Assembly: GCF_006345805.1 (NCBI RefSeq)
Contig: NC_042997.1
Location: 142,538,001 to 142,602,000, forward strand
Direction: 5' to 3'
Source: Octopus sinensis
Taxonomy: Eukaryota
DNA: 64,000 nucleotides
Part shown: in pieces, positions 25,234 to 38,014 of the stretch
How positions within the stretch are numbered: position 1 is the first letter of the stretch
Layout: each line of letters opens with the position of its first letter
Notes under the pieces: generated by a model
Database searches by the model: none
Seen by the model: the letters and a program-made list of their open reading frames with translations, nothing else
Told to the model about the DNA's origin: nothing
Program-made: the position numbers and the translations under genes

Positions 25234-25750
25234 GAAGGCACGTGGCCTAGTGGTTAGGCTGTTGCACTCATGATTATTAGATCATGGGTTCAATTCCCAG
25301 ATCAGGTGGCATGTTGTACTCTTGAGCAAAACACTTCATTTCACTTTGCCCCAGTCCCCTTTCGATCAGTGGGGTATGTTTCCTGCTCACCTAGACCGCA
25401 GGGTGGCATCATTCGGTGGCTAAAATGATGCAAAGTACAATGTCACCAGTGATGTATAACAACATCTGATAGTGTGATCGGTCACGTGATTACGTGATAT
25501 AATATTGAAGACGCATGGTGTAGTGGTCAGGGTATTGCACTCGCAATTACAAAATTGTGGTTTCAATTCCTGAACCAAGCAGTGTGATCTGTTGGTGAGT
25601 AAAATGCTTCATTTCACATTGCTCCAGTCTCTTCAGCTGTGAGTAACGCTGTCATGGACTGGTGTCCCATTCAGTGGGAATGTTGTGATCTTGGTCCCTT
25701 ATGCACCATGGAAACTGAGTAACTGATGCTATGAGTCCCAAGGCTCATGG
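25234..25750 (+). mobile_element. Two adjacent SINE family D copies with different tails
   Basis: Heads GAAGGCACGTGGCCTAGTGG (25234) and GAAGACGCATGGTGTAGTGG (25507); first ends in GTCACGTGATTACGTGAT, second in GGAAACTGAG..ATGAGTCCC. Confidence 0.85.
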
Positions 25751-26279
25751 CAGTAATGTCTAGGTGTTGTTGATATATTATTGACTACAAGTGACTTTTA
25801 CAACAATGAGAGCCCCTACCACTACTGCTGCAAGTATCCCCATTTCTAAAGGAAGTAGGTGAGAATTCTTGGTTGAAAGCTGATGGATTTAAATTCTCAT
25901 TATTGGAATAGAATATGGAAGATAGTTTTGTCACACGTCTTGCATCTCATTGCTGTGTAATCTTGAATTCTGTCTCACTATGTGGCACCTTATGCAAATT
26001 TCCATTGCCACCGAGGGGAATGGCTAGATGGAAATTGTATGGAAACCCATCATCCATAATTACATACATGTGTGTGTGTGTGTATTCGCAAGTGCATGCA
26101 TATGCGTGTCTGTATGGATATTTGCATTCCACTTTTTTGTGTGAAAGCTTTGAACAAAAGAAGGATTTTATGTTATGTTGATATTCCCTATCAACAAATT
26201 ATTCTGTTGCTCTGAACTTTTGGCAAATGGAATAAAAAGAAAATCCCATACTTATAACTGTCACTCCATCAGTCACAAT

Positions 26280-26565
26280 GACAAGTTTTCCTGTTGATCC
26301 AGTCAATGGAGCAGTCTGCTCATGAAATGAACATGCTAGTAGCTGTGCACTCCACAGATATATGTACCCTTAACGTAGTTCTCAGAGAGATGTTGTATGA
26401 AACAGAATTTGACAAGGCTGGATTTTTGAATTACAGATACACCTCCTTTTTGGCAGCTGAGTGGATTGGAGCAACATAAAATAAAGCATCTTGTTCAAAG
26501 TAATTGAACTCACAACCTTACAATCATGAGCTGAGTACCCCTTAACCACTAAGCCCACATGCTTC
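26280..26565 (-). mobile_element. SINE family D
   Basis: Colinear with 46198-46522 (TGTACCCTTAACGTAGTTCTC, GCAGCTGAGTGGATTGGAGCAAC, CCCTTAACCACTAAGCC). Confidence 0.85.
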
Positions 26566-27206
26566 ATCCCATTCTTATAAAACCGGTCAAGGCTAGCAAC
26601 AAGGACATCTCAGTGTAAAACAGTACTTCAGTTATAAGTACTTGTTCAATAAGCACAGAAAAATGCATGTAAAATGAACAAACAGAACAAATACATAAAC
26701 AAAACTTTTTACAGATGATGTATCTTGAATGTGAATCCAGCTGTGAATAGCTAGCTTGTTATAATATAGGGTTGAAGATCCCTTGTATAGAAAAAAAAAT
26801 GTGAAAAACCACCTGTGGGTCTCAAAGACATATCTGTAATCCAGACATTCATGATACTATTACACTAAACTGACTCATTAACTGTCAGTTGTTCACATTA
26901 AGTGTTTTATTCTAAAATGGATGGTTGAGAGTCAGTGAGTCACTTTTAATGATATTATGAGTATCTGGGTTACTATAGGCATGTGATTCTGGTCCCATGG
27001 GTTTCCCCTAGATTTTTCATTCAAAGAGTTTTTAGCTATGTATTATGAGATTTTGTGTTATGAGCTTTTATTTATAGCTGAATTTGCATTCAAAATACAT
27101 CATTTAAAGAAGACTTATTTACATATTTCTTAATACTATTATTTTCCCATTCTAATTATAAACATTCTAAATATAAACTTTCTAAACATAAACATACACA
27201 ATATAG

Positions 27207-27590
27207 TCACAGGAGTAGCTGTGTGGTAACAAACTTGCTTACCAACCACATGGTTCCAGGTTCAGTCCCACGGCATAGCACCTCAGGCAAGTGTCTTCTA
27301 CTATAACTTCAGGCCGACAAAAACCTTGTATGTGGATTTGCTAGACAGAAACTGAAAGAAGCCCATCGTTTGTGTGTTTGTATAATTGTATCTGTTTTTG
27401 TCCACCCATCATCGCTTGACAACCAATGTTGGTGTATTTATGTCCCCATAACTTAGCAGTGTGGCAAAAGAGACCGATAGAATAAATACTAGGCTTACAA
27501 AGAATATGTCCCGGGGTCAATTTGCTCAACTAAAAAGGTGGTGCTCAAGCATGGCCATAGTCAAATGACTGAAACAAGTAAAAGAAAAGA
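27207..27590 (+). mobile_element. SINE family B, near full length
   Basis: CAGGAGTAGCTGTGTGGTAA head through GTCAAATGACTGAAACAAGTAAAAG tail. Confidence 0.9.
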
Positions 27591-28078
27591 ATAAAATATA
27601 TACATTGAATTTTATAGTGTTGTAATCTAAGTGAAAGGGGACTGAGCTTGTATTTAATATGAACCTATGAAGAAAGAACTATTTCAGGAATATGAAAAGT
27701 TGTGCTCATGTAGTTTCTTTGAGTTAATGCAAAATGAAGCCGGCAAATTTGGATGACTTTTTGAAACTTCAAAAATGAGTACACAAATTAATATTTGAAT
27801 TAAGCACCAAAGCTGTTTTTCATAATATGTAGAGATGGTCAACAAATATTCTGCATTAAATTCATATTTTTGTTGAAAACGTGATTTCATGGAAAGTTCA
27901 CTGGAAACAGTAAAGTTGTATCCTATAGCCAAGGAAATTTACATGGAAGAAAATTACTTCTTATAAATGATTGCTGCATGGAAGTGTGTTTTGTTTTTAT
28001 ATTTGGTTTGCAATATTCTTGAGATGAACTTGTTTGTTGAAACAGATTTGATTGCATCATGGGAGGGTCATTATGCCA

Positions 28079-28396
28079 ATAATAAACACATGCACTGGCA
28101 CATTTTCACTTCTTTATTATTAGTCTTGGTTAATCTATTTAACCAATTAACTAGTTAATTGTTTGATGAATTATTTGGTTAATCAATTAGTTGGTTGTGT
28201 TTGGCGATGTCCTTCCTTCACCATTTGCAACCACTTTAATGACATGCCTTCCAGTGAGAGCTTCATGTCTTTGGCAAACATATCTGACTGCTTGATTAAC
28301 TTAATGATTAATCAAATAATCTGTTAGTTGGTTAAAAAGCTAACAAATCTATGAATAATAAAGAAGTGAAATTGAATCAGTGCATGTGTTTATTAT
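28079..28396 (+). ncRNA. Long hairpin (fold-back) element, ~125-nt arms and 67-nt loop
   Basis: Perfect 19-bp (28079-28097/28378-28396) and 18-bp (28104-28121/28354-28371) helices plus a gapless 47-bp inner stem (28159-28205/28273-28319) with 35 Watson-Crick, 7 G:U and 5 mismatched pairs. The inverted repeat is certain; RNA function is inferred. Confidence 0.6.
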
Positions 28397-28976
28397 AAGT
28401 CTTTTGTAAATAACATTTAGTTAGTATAATTTGTCTTTGGAATAGTACAGATGATTCTGTTTTATGAAGATTGTGTAAGCTAAAGCAATTATTTTCAAGA
28501 ATGAAAAGTTAATGACATTCATAATCACTAATTCTTGATGTTCTATCAATTTTTAATTTTGGAGATTACAACAACTCTCCAATTGAGAATTATAAGCTTT
28601 CACATCTGGTATTCATGATAGAGGTGCCATCTTACTTTTTATTTATGTTTATATTTAATATTTTAGTCTTAGGATCTTTTGGCACTTTTGTATATAAATT
28701 CCATTCTAATATTAACTGATTCTTCGTATTTTCTGTAAAATAATTTATTGTTGTAAATATGGCCATGCGATTGCTGAATTGTTTAACTTATGGTTCATAC
28801 ATCAGACGTTCAGCTTTCAGCTGTAGAAACCATACCAAAACAGACACTAGAGCATGATCCAATTAAACTATTCCACCCATGCCAGCATGGAGCATGGATG
28901 TTAAATGATGATGATTTCAAACAATTTGCCAGATATTAACTGATGATGTGAGTTAAGTAATTATCTGTCAGCTACC

Positions 28977-28979
<3 letters not shown>

Positions 28980-29040
<61 letters not shown>

Positions 29041-29044
29041 TTCC

Positions 29045-29089
<45 letters not shown>

Positions 29090-29090
29090 A
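28980..29090. repeat. (CT)n-(TA)n compound microsatellite
   Basis: Direct reading. Confidence 0.98.
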
Positions 29091-29094
29091 TATC

Positions 29095-29580
29095 ATTGCT
29101 GTGGGCAGTGCCACCTGACTGACTTCTATACCGGTGGCACATAAAATGCACCATCTGAATGTGGTCAATTCCAGTGCCTGCGGACTAGCTCCCATGCCAG
29201 TGGCATGTAAAAATCACAATCCAAACAAGGTCGATGCCAGGTCCACCTGACTGACTCCTGTACTGGTGGCATGTTAAAAAGCACCATCCAAACGTGGTTG
29301 ATACCAGTGCCTCCCAACTGGCTCCCATGCTGGTGGCACATAAAAAGCACTATATGAACATGATTGATGTCAGGGCCACCTGACTGGCTTCCATACCGGT
29401 GGCATATAAAAAGCGCCCACTACACTCTTGGAGTGGTTGGTGTTAGGAAGGGCATCCAGCTATAGAAAAATTGCCAGATCAGATTGGAGCCTGGTGCAGC
29501 CACTAGCTTTCCAGACCTCAGTCAAACTGTCCAACCCATGCCAGTATGGAAAACAGACGTTAAACAGTGATGATGATGAT
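29095..29580 (+). mobile_element. SINE family C with four full 66-67-bp units
   Basis: Unit heads at 29135, 29201, 29267, 29334, 29400; standard tail; TA repeats on both sides. Confidence 0.92.
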
Positions 29581-30249
29581 ATATATATATATATCCATAT
29601 CCATATCCATATAATGTCCATTCTGGGTGTCTCTATTTACCAAGAGTCAAATTCACTTCTGCTGCATCATTCCATTTAAATTTTGATCCATTTGAAATTC
29701 AGAGTTGTCTGCTTCACCTTTCTCAACAGTTGTAGTTTGGCCTGAGTTATCATCCCAAGTGACTCTAACCCTCCTGTCTTTTTACAAAGTGTGCCTAGGG
29801 CAGCACTGTCACATGTGACCTTTCTATTTTTAAGGATAGTGAGTGTACTTTTGGGGAGATGTAGCTACAGTTTCTAATGGGCCTACCTCACCACTTTGTG
29901 TAACTTTTCTTTCCATTGTAACTTCAAGTTTAAGCCCTTACAACCAGTAAAGGGATTGGCTCCATTTGTTGGTTATGTGCTTTTGACATTGTTGATGCAT
30001 TGTTGCTTATCCCTGGATCATATGCCTTGTGTTATATTGTCTGATGTAGTTCTTGAGAAGTAGTTACTCTGTTGCAAACATTCAAACCAGCATCCTTGTA
30101 GTGATTTATCATCACCATGGTTTCACAGTACATTGATGCCGCTTATACTTCTCCAAGATTCTAAACATTAACCTTCTCTTTTCAAATCTATAGATCACCT
30201 CGTCTTCTCATTTTTGTAGACCACCCACTTCATATTAACATGCAAAGCA

Positions 30250-31300
30250 CACTTCATATTCCTTTCTGGGACACAAATCTTTCAACTCTTATATGTTTGA
30301 AAAAAATGTAGATTCCAATCTCCTTGCCAGTCACCTGTCTCATCTGGATATCACCAACACAGACTTCTAGTCACTCTGGCTCAAAGCCTTCCTCATCCCC
30401 TCCTTTAGATGTATCTGCTTCTTCTAGCATTCTCCCAATTCCACATCACCACTACCATCAATAATTCTCAAATCATATCTTTTCCTGCATTATGGCATAT
30501 ATGTCAACTAACTCTAATGTTATCAACCTCAGTAACTTCGATGCTCCACAGCATTTTGGTTTTTGCATTCATTCCAAACTGATGTTACCAGTGCAGAAAC
30601 TGAATATTTTGAAATCCTCAGTGTTTTATATCAAATATTATCATCCTCTGTATGAATCTCTGATACACAAACTCTCCAAACAACCTTGATCTCTTTCTCA
30701 ACTCCAAACCCAGCGTATACTAAACCATTACTATCTATGCACCTCTTGGATCATCCAACCACTGCCTTATTGCAACAACTCTATACATATCCTCATATAA
30801 TGTGGCCCCTGTGACACTTCAAGGTAGCTGATTGGTTGGAGCTTTATTAGATCTATGCTAACTATCCCAAACAGCACATATGCTTCATTATATTAGGCAT
30901 GTTACACTTCATTTCACGAGCAATCAAAATTAATTGCTCCAAATACCCACAAAGGCTTCAAGCATAGCAGCATTGTAGCAAATTGGGCACAGAAAACTGT
31001 CTACAATACTTGAAGACAATCACCCATCCCTATAAACTTGATAGCTTTTGTTAGCAGTACAACTTCAGATGATAACCACTGAAAACTTGAAGGAGATCTC
31101 CATGTATCACACAGCTCACAAACTCTCCTACTTTCTAAGCTGTAACCAATCCTTTTTGGTCCACTGCCAAAAGAATTTTTACCAGCTTTGTGGATTCCTC
31201 CATTACTACTCAACCATGATAGTTCTACCAGTAGTACTTCTGTAGAGTACTTTGCACTTTCCAACACCAAGGAACTTATCAGACCATTGACAGCCACTGT
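30250..31300 (+). mobile_element. Decayed CR1/Jockey-group LINE (AP endonuclease and linker)
   Basis: Degenerate motifs in the expected order: FRCICFF*HSPNS, VINLSNFDAP (GDFNA-like), NLDLFLNSKPSVY*TITIYAPLGSSNHCLI (30682-30771; LDLF..PLGSSDH-like), FWSTAKRIF, VEYFALSNT. Confidence 0.7.
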
Positions 31301-31318
31301 GCAATATTCATACTTTCC

Positions 31319-31468
31319 ATTGCAGGCAAGATTTTGGCCAGAATCCTGCTTAATCTGCTCATTGCTTACCTTGAGCTGTGTTTCCTACCAGAGAGTCAAG
31401 AGTTGCTTCTGGAAAGAACATAGACAAATAACATGATGTTTGCTGCTAGACAGCTTCACGAGAAGTGC
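31319..31468 (+). mobile_element. RTE (BovB-like) LINE reverse-transcriptase fragment, frameshifted
   Basis: IAGKILARILLNLLIAYLELCFLPESQ / CFWKE / MMFAARQLHEKC matches the RTE RT N-terminal pattern GKILARILLNRL..LPESQCGFR..DMVFAARQLQEKC. Confidence 0.88.
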
Positions 31469-32130
31469 ATCATGCAATCTATCCATCACTCAGAGAGAGA
31501 ATCTCTTTTGTTACCAGCAGGGCTAATAGCTCCCCTCTTCTAATTCTGGTCACTATGCTTTCAGTACACCCTCGCACACTGCAAATTAGATAACATAAGC
31601 AATGTATGCTATGAACTACTTCTGTGAAGCTCACAGATCATTGAAAGGAATTTACCTTACTGGTACTCAGAAAGTTTGTGTGTACGTGGGTGTGCGTGTG
31701 TGTGTACATGTGCGTCTGTGTGTGTGTGTGTGTGTAAATATCTGTATTAAAGATAGATGTGTATGCACTCTCAAGTCACTACTGAAAAAATATATATATA
31801 TATATATATAAGTTTGTGAATGTAACATGTTTAATCTTTTAGTGTCAGCTTAAATATCTATTACTTCAATTGATTGGTTGAGTGTATATATTCAATTTTC
31901 ATGTTAAACAGTTATGTTTTTCTAACCATGATTTATTTTGTAAGTAAAAATATGAAGTGCCTCTTAGACTAATCTTTTGCTTTTTGTTTCAAATTTTTTT
32001 ACCTTTTCATAGTGGGGGTGGTTATGTGGTACCATGTATCACAGGAATATGAAATCAAAATACTTGAAAAAAGAAATGTAAAAATGTTCACCATTAAAAG
32101 AGCAACTGAAAAATAAGAAGTAAAAATTAC

Positions 32131-32226
32131 TTAACAAATGTACATGTTGTATGGTTCATAATGACTTGTGAATTGCTGGTCGCTGATAACTTGAGCAGAG
32201 GAGAGAGACGCAACAACAACCTTCCG
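32131..32226 (-). CDS. Candidate 96-nt exon on the - strand
   Basis: Acceptor ttttatgctttatttcttctaag, donor TAA|gtaatt, phase 2-2 frame open (GRLLLRLSPLLKLSATSNSQVIMNHTTCTFV), four CpGs; no homology recognised. Confidence 0.2.
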   Translation of the reverse strand, partial: RKVVVASLSSAQVISDQQFTSHYEPYNMYIC

Positions 32227-32540
32227 CTTAGAAGAAATAAAGCATAAAATAAATTGTGAAATGATTGCTGAAAATATGTTGATGGTGACAATGAAAAGAT
32301 TGGATAGGTATGAGTTTGGGAGAAAGAGTGACATTAGCTGTGTGTACAGTTGGTGTGGGGTGAGGTGGGTTGGGGGTGGGTCAGATGTGTTTGCATGTGT
32401 AGTAAGCGGAGTGATTTATGATGTGAGTGTGTTAGAAAAATTCCAGCTGTATGTGAACCAATGGCAACATACTCTTGCTCTGTGTGTGTATGTGTGTGTG
32501 TGTGTGTATGAGTGTGTGTGTGAGAGAGAGAGAGAGAGAA

Positions 32541-32571
<31 letters not shown>

Positions 32572-33791
32572 GTGCAGTCATAAAATTGCTTTAACTGAAA
32601 GGTTTGCACAGGAGTAAATGTTGTTTTACCTGTTTGATGTGTGTGTGTGTGAGTATATATATATATATTTGTGTATAAATATACTTACATACACACACAC
32701 ACACACACACACACATAGTTTTAGAGAGCTGGGGTCAGAGTGTTGGGAAAATCTCTCATAAATCACGTATGTTCCTATGGCTAAGAGGTTTTAAAATAGT
32801 ATACAATCATTATTTAACAAATTACAGATAAACTTTCACATACTAATATTGGGTCAAGACCACTATTTTGTTTAAGAAGATGAATTTTTTGATTCATAGA
32901 TAATTTAAGGCTAACTAAGGTAAGAAATGTTTTGAAGGCACTTCTAACAATTACACCAGTACAATTATTTTGTACTTTTACAATAATTCTATAACTTTTA
33001 AGGAGTATTTCTAAGTGAAAACAATTTCAATTATCAGATTTTACGATAAAGTTGCCAAAAGGAAATATGTAAAGGAAGAAAGCAGAGGTACTTTTTTATT
33101 TAACCACTTATATTGTGAGTTTTTTTTATTTTATTATTTATTCATATTATGTTTTTAGCTCTTGCAAAAGATTAGTATATCTTATTCATCATAATGGGGG
33201 ATTTTTTGACACATTTACCACTAAAATGATTGATAAGCTATCCATTTATTAGTGTTGATAATGACTAGCAGTTACTTTTAAAGATATGAGAGCAGATATA
33301 TGAAATATTTTGAAGATATTTTTCTTTATACAGATTTCTCTTGTATGGAACACAGACGTTAAATGATGATGATGATGATGATGATGATGTATTTAATTTA
33401 TGTAATACCTGTGCCAGAGCAAATTCATCTAGTTCTATTAACAGAGAAAAATTTTATATTAAACTCAGTACACACAAGCAAAACAGCATTAATAAAACTA
33501 CCCTCTATTTATCATTCTAAACGTGTATACACCATTAGAAGACATGAAGCTGTGAAATTGTCTGAGATAAATTCATGTTAAATACACAATATACATTGGA
33601 GTAAAACAAATGGTGTCACTGCAATTGATTCACAAGATTGATGGGTTTATGTTTGCCTTTCTTGAGGCATGTCAATGCTTTGCACTCCATTGTTACCTAC
33701 TTAAATTAATTAAATTTGTGCTTCAATATATGAAATGCATCTGCCATTGGAACATATGTGATTTATGAGGGATTTTCCCAACACTCTATAG

Positions 33792-33820
33792 GTTTACCTC
33801 TGTGAATAATGCATTCACTG
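33792..33820 (+). CDS. Candidate 29-nt exon (phase 2 to 1), FTSVNNAFT
   Basis: Acceptor ttttcccaacactctatag, donor CTG|gtacgt, only one frame open, TGCATG about 105 nt downstream. Confidence 0.35.
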
Positions 33821-34160
33821 GTACGTGTGGAAGCTTGCTGGACAGGGGAAAAACTTGGTATACACAATTGAAACAGCATCAAATTGAAATCGTGATCTAT
33901 ATATCATACTAAACATATCCACATTGCATGAATCTGTGGAATTGTCTGATGTAAAATCTTTTCATAGACTTGTATTAAGACAGTGAATGTGCTGCAGTTT
34001 CCTTTATATGTGAATGTGAACACAGTTTCCTATATAATACTGAGGCACAAATTTCATTTAAGCAAAGTGACAGTCAGGTGTACAACATTGATAAGCCTCA
34101 AAAAAGGTGAAATGCATCTGTCATTCTCAAGAGTTACTATAGCAATAATGTTCATCTCAC

Positions 34161-34196
<36 letters not shown>

Positions 34197-34339
34197 TTTT
34201 TAATACAACAAATCAATGGAGAGATTTTATCTCATACAGTTCCACAGCTTCATTGTCTTCTGACAGTGTGTGTACTTTTAGTATGATATTCAGATGGTGA
34301 CACATTAAATTGATTATAATAGTGGTGGCCTCCTTTTGT

Positions 34340-34480
34340 CTTTTAGCTCTTCAGTTACTAACCACAGACCTTGAGACAGGTTTACTTTCTCTTTGCCTCT
34401 CTACCATTATTACAGAAACATCACTTCTGCACTAGCTAGCTGTATACCTTCCTCTTCCCAAGACTTCTCAGCATACCATC
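34340..34480 (+). mobile_element. CR1/Jockey-group LINE RT C-terminal fragment
   Basis: Reads LYHYYRNITSALASCIP, resembling LFYRYY..CSSELASCIP. Confidence 0.45.
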
Positions 34481-35924
34481 TTTCCTCCTTTTTATTCCTA
34501 TTATTTGGTTTCATCTCTCAGAACATATACTAAACACTTCACCTCTCACTCCAACTTCAAACTGCAAGGATCAAATTATAGATATTCAAACTAGACATCA
34601 ACTACAACAATATTACTTAACTGGAATAGTCTGCAATAACCATAATGTGTGATTAGCCTATAAAAAAAAAGTGTTTTCATAGAGGTGCCTCTTGAATATT
34701 TCAGCCCATCATCTTCATTTAATATCCACTTTTCCATGCCAGCATGGGCCAGACAGAATTTATTGTAGCAGATTTTCTATGGCTGGATGCCCTTCTTGTC
34801 ACCTCCCTCGTATGATTCCAAGCACGGTAATATTTCTCCACAACCAGACTTGTTTTCACGAAAGATTAGAAATTACTCCACTTGTATGACAGTAACACTC
34901 ATTTGCAACTGTCACATGATGTCAAGATGAGCCCATGCAGGCACGCACACACACACACACACATGTATGTATATGATGAATGACAATAATTTGGCACTTT
35001 ATAGTATACATGTGTATTACATGGCTGGTAGGACTTTACTCCGATGTAACTCATCCTTATCATTTTACATTCATTTTTACATGTCTTACATGCTCTCATG
35101 AGCTGAATGGGTTGTCATGGTTTGCATTATCTTGCACATATAGTAACAGAAAAGCTGACTAACTCTGGCCAACTCTGAGCATCTACTTGGTTCATTTCAT
35201 TTTGTCACACTGGCACTAGAGAGGTTATTCCATTCAGCGATGCACTCCTCTCCTTCTAAAAAAATGTCATTGTATTTATTTCATCCAAATTCCACAGACA
35301 TTCCTTTGTCATTCTTGTCATCAGAAATGAAGCAAACTTGTGAGTGGCTCATTGGAAACCTATAACCAAGGATATAAAGTATCCATGTGAGTGTTTGTGT
35401 GTGATTGTAGCATCATATATGTATGTATACATATATTTTTTGCTTTGTATGTTATATCTATGTTATATATACATTTGTGTGTGTAGTTTGACTTTTTTTT
35501 TTTTTGAGAACTATTTGGCCAGGAGCCATAATATGCAATTGTATATTTCTGAATATTTCTGAAAGTTGTTTTGTAAAAAGGGGTTTTTTTTCTCTTTTTT
35601 TATCTTTATCTTTCTAAAAAAAATGGCTTTCTGCATGACACAACTTTTCTTCAGGAAGCTACAGTTTTGTATGAATTCCTGCTGGTTAGTGTAAATGTGA
35701 TAGTTTGTTTAAATATAGTTGGATCTTCCTCGCTTTGTGTTTCTATGTAGATTAAAGTGGTCACTTTCTATGTATTGATGTTATACTGTTTGCGGAAGTT
35801 GGACATAAAATGAAAATTTCAGCTTTATTTAACTGTTTCAAGTAGAGCAACTGTGGAAGATATTTCACAACTTGTTTATTTGATAATTTGTGGAGATGCT
35901 ACCAATTTCTTAAACATTTTTGTC

Positions 35925-36240
35925 AGGCTGTGTGATTAGGAAACTCGCTTTGCAACCACACGATTTGGGTTCAATCCCAAAGCACAGCATCTTAAGCAAG
36001 TGTCTTCTGTTATAGACTTGACCCAACCAACACCTTATGAGTGAAATTGGTTAACAGAAACTGTGAGGAAGCCCATAGGTGTGTCTGTGTTTATCCTCCC
36101 CTACTACCTAACCGGTGTTTCTTTGTTTATGTCCTCTAACTTGGCTGTTTGGTAAAAGAGACCAATAGAATGAGTACCAGACGTTTTAAAAGGCATAAGT
36201 GCTGTGGTCAGTTTAAATTCTTCAAGGTGGTACCCCAGCA
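35925..36240 (+). mobile_element. SINE family B
   Basis: GGCTGTGTGATTAGG head, AAGCAAGTGTCTTCTG, GAGACCAATAGAATGAGTACC tail. Confidence 0.8.
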
Positions 36241-36912
36241 ATTTTTGTAAATTTTTTTTTTATGGCTAATAACTAAGACAAGTACAAAAAGGTAAAAGAT
36301 ATCTTTTCAAATGTTAGACTTATACTGGTATTTTTACTTGAGTTTTTTAATACTTTATCCAGTGGCAGTATGCATATGCACACACAGACCATATAAAGGA
36401 GAAATAAAACTTGAGATACTTCCACATATCTTAATTTCTTTTTCTCTTCTCTTGTAGTATTTAAAAATTTTTTTTTTTTTTGCAATTATTTGGGATAAAG
36501 AAAAAGAAATTAATTACTACATGAATTAATTGATAATATTTTTGGAATTTCTGCCCAAAGATATGAAAAATTTGATTATGGAGTTTTGTGTCTTAGATGA
36601 AAATTAGGATATTAATTTGTATCTGATTGCTTTCAATATGGCACTTTCTCTATTGCTAGCCTTCTGAAAGCAAAATGTGTAATGTCAAGTGAACACTGCA
36701 TCTGTTAGTGTGTGTGCAAATACACACACATGCACACAATTACATGATGTTTACTGCAAACATTTGCGTTTGTAGTGAGTTCAAGAGTGTGTATATCTCT
36801 AGCTGCATGTGCAATATTTATTTTTAGCTTTTAAAAATTATGTCAAGTTTGTATTTAAGGGAATTTATTTGTACTTTTTACGAATTTTAATATTGCAATT
36901 CATTCTTTTTAG

Positions 36913-36960
36913 GACAGGTTTCCAAACAGATTTGACGAAAACAAATTGTTTGGCTACTAA
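36913..36960 (+). CDS. Candidate terminal exon, DRFPNRFDENKLFGY* in phase 0
   Basis: Acceptor caattcattctttttag; AATAAA near 36977 and 37043; frame ambiguous. Confidence 0.15.
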   Translation, partial: DRFPNRFDENKLFGY

Positions 36961-38014
36961 GCAATATAGAAGTTTGTAATAAAAGTACCTAAGAAAAGGA
37001 GATAACATAAAATCTTTAGTAGTTTCATTCATAGCCAGTCCTAATAAATAAATAAATATGTATATGTGTGTGTATTTGTGTGTATATGTGTATGTGTTTG
37101 TGTGTGTGTTTGTGTATGTGTTTGTGTGTATGCACATACATATATTTTTATCCTTTTAGTTTTTAGTAAATATTTTACTTTGAGACTACTGCCTTTATTG
37201 CATTAGTACCACTTTTAATTACAAGTTTATTATTAAAAATCTTTATATGGTTTGAAAGAAATATAGCTTGTAAGTATATAGTAATATATTCAGAATGTAA
37301 AAAACATTCTAAATTAGAAATTCATTGGGTTTGAAGTTGGAGTCATTACTGGAAGTTTAGCCTTGACTGTCTTGGAGAGTTGAATAGGATGTCACTATAA
37401 AGGTTACATGAGATTAAATTTCAGTTCAATAAAGAATGTAAGAATTTGAAAGATAAATGTTTATAAGGTTTAGAAGAAGAAAGTTTATTGAACCAAGATT
37501 CCTTTTCAGTGATCATTTAGAAAATCGGTATTAGTATACAACTGTTAGTTGAGGCATAAGAAAAATTGAAATTGAAGCAATAAAAGCAAAAGACTAGAGC
37601 AAAATTTTAATTTATCCTTTGAAATTTGTCTTGTTTGATCTTATATTGAACTGAGTTATGGCTTAAACTGGAATCGGCATGAAAGAAAAAAGTGTGTGAT
37701 ATAAATTGATTAGCAATATAAAAAAAAAAAGCAACACATAATAAAAGATGGTAACCAAAGTAGAAGCAAGCATAGATTAAGATTAAGGGTGTTTGGATGG
37801 ATTTAACATGTTTTTTTTATTAGAAATGATTTTGTATGATTAAATTGATCTATTATTTGAAAATACTAAGCAGAGATCTGTAACCAGAAGTAAGAGGCTA
37901 ACTTGATTTGTTCATTGTTAAAGGAGATTCAAATAGAAGAGCTTACTAATTTGTGTGTGTGTGTGTATGTGTGTGTGTGCATGCGTGTATGTGTGTCTGT
38001 GTCTGTGTGTATAC

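Noticed and set aside
25786-25858. Thr-rich exon candidate TFTTMRAPTTTAASIPISKGS before AG|gtgaga
   Set aside because: Good donor but the only possible acceptor is a weak AAG with no pyrimidine tract.
36750-36780. 11-bp hairpin with two G:U pairs
   Set aside because: Too short to distinguish from chance in low-complexity sequence.
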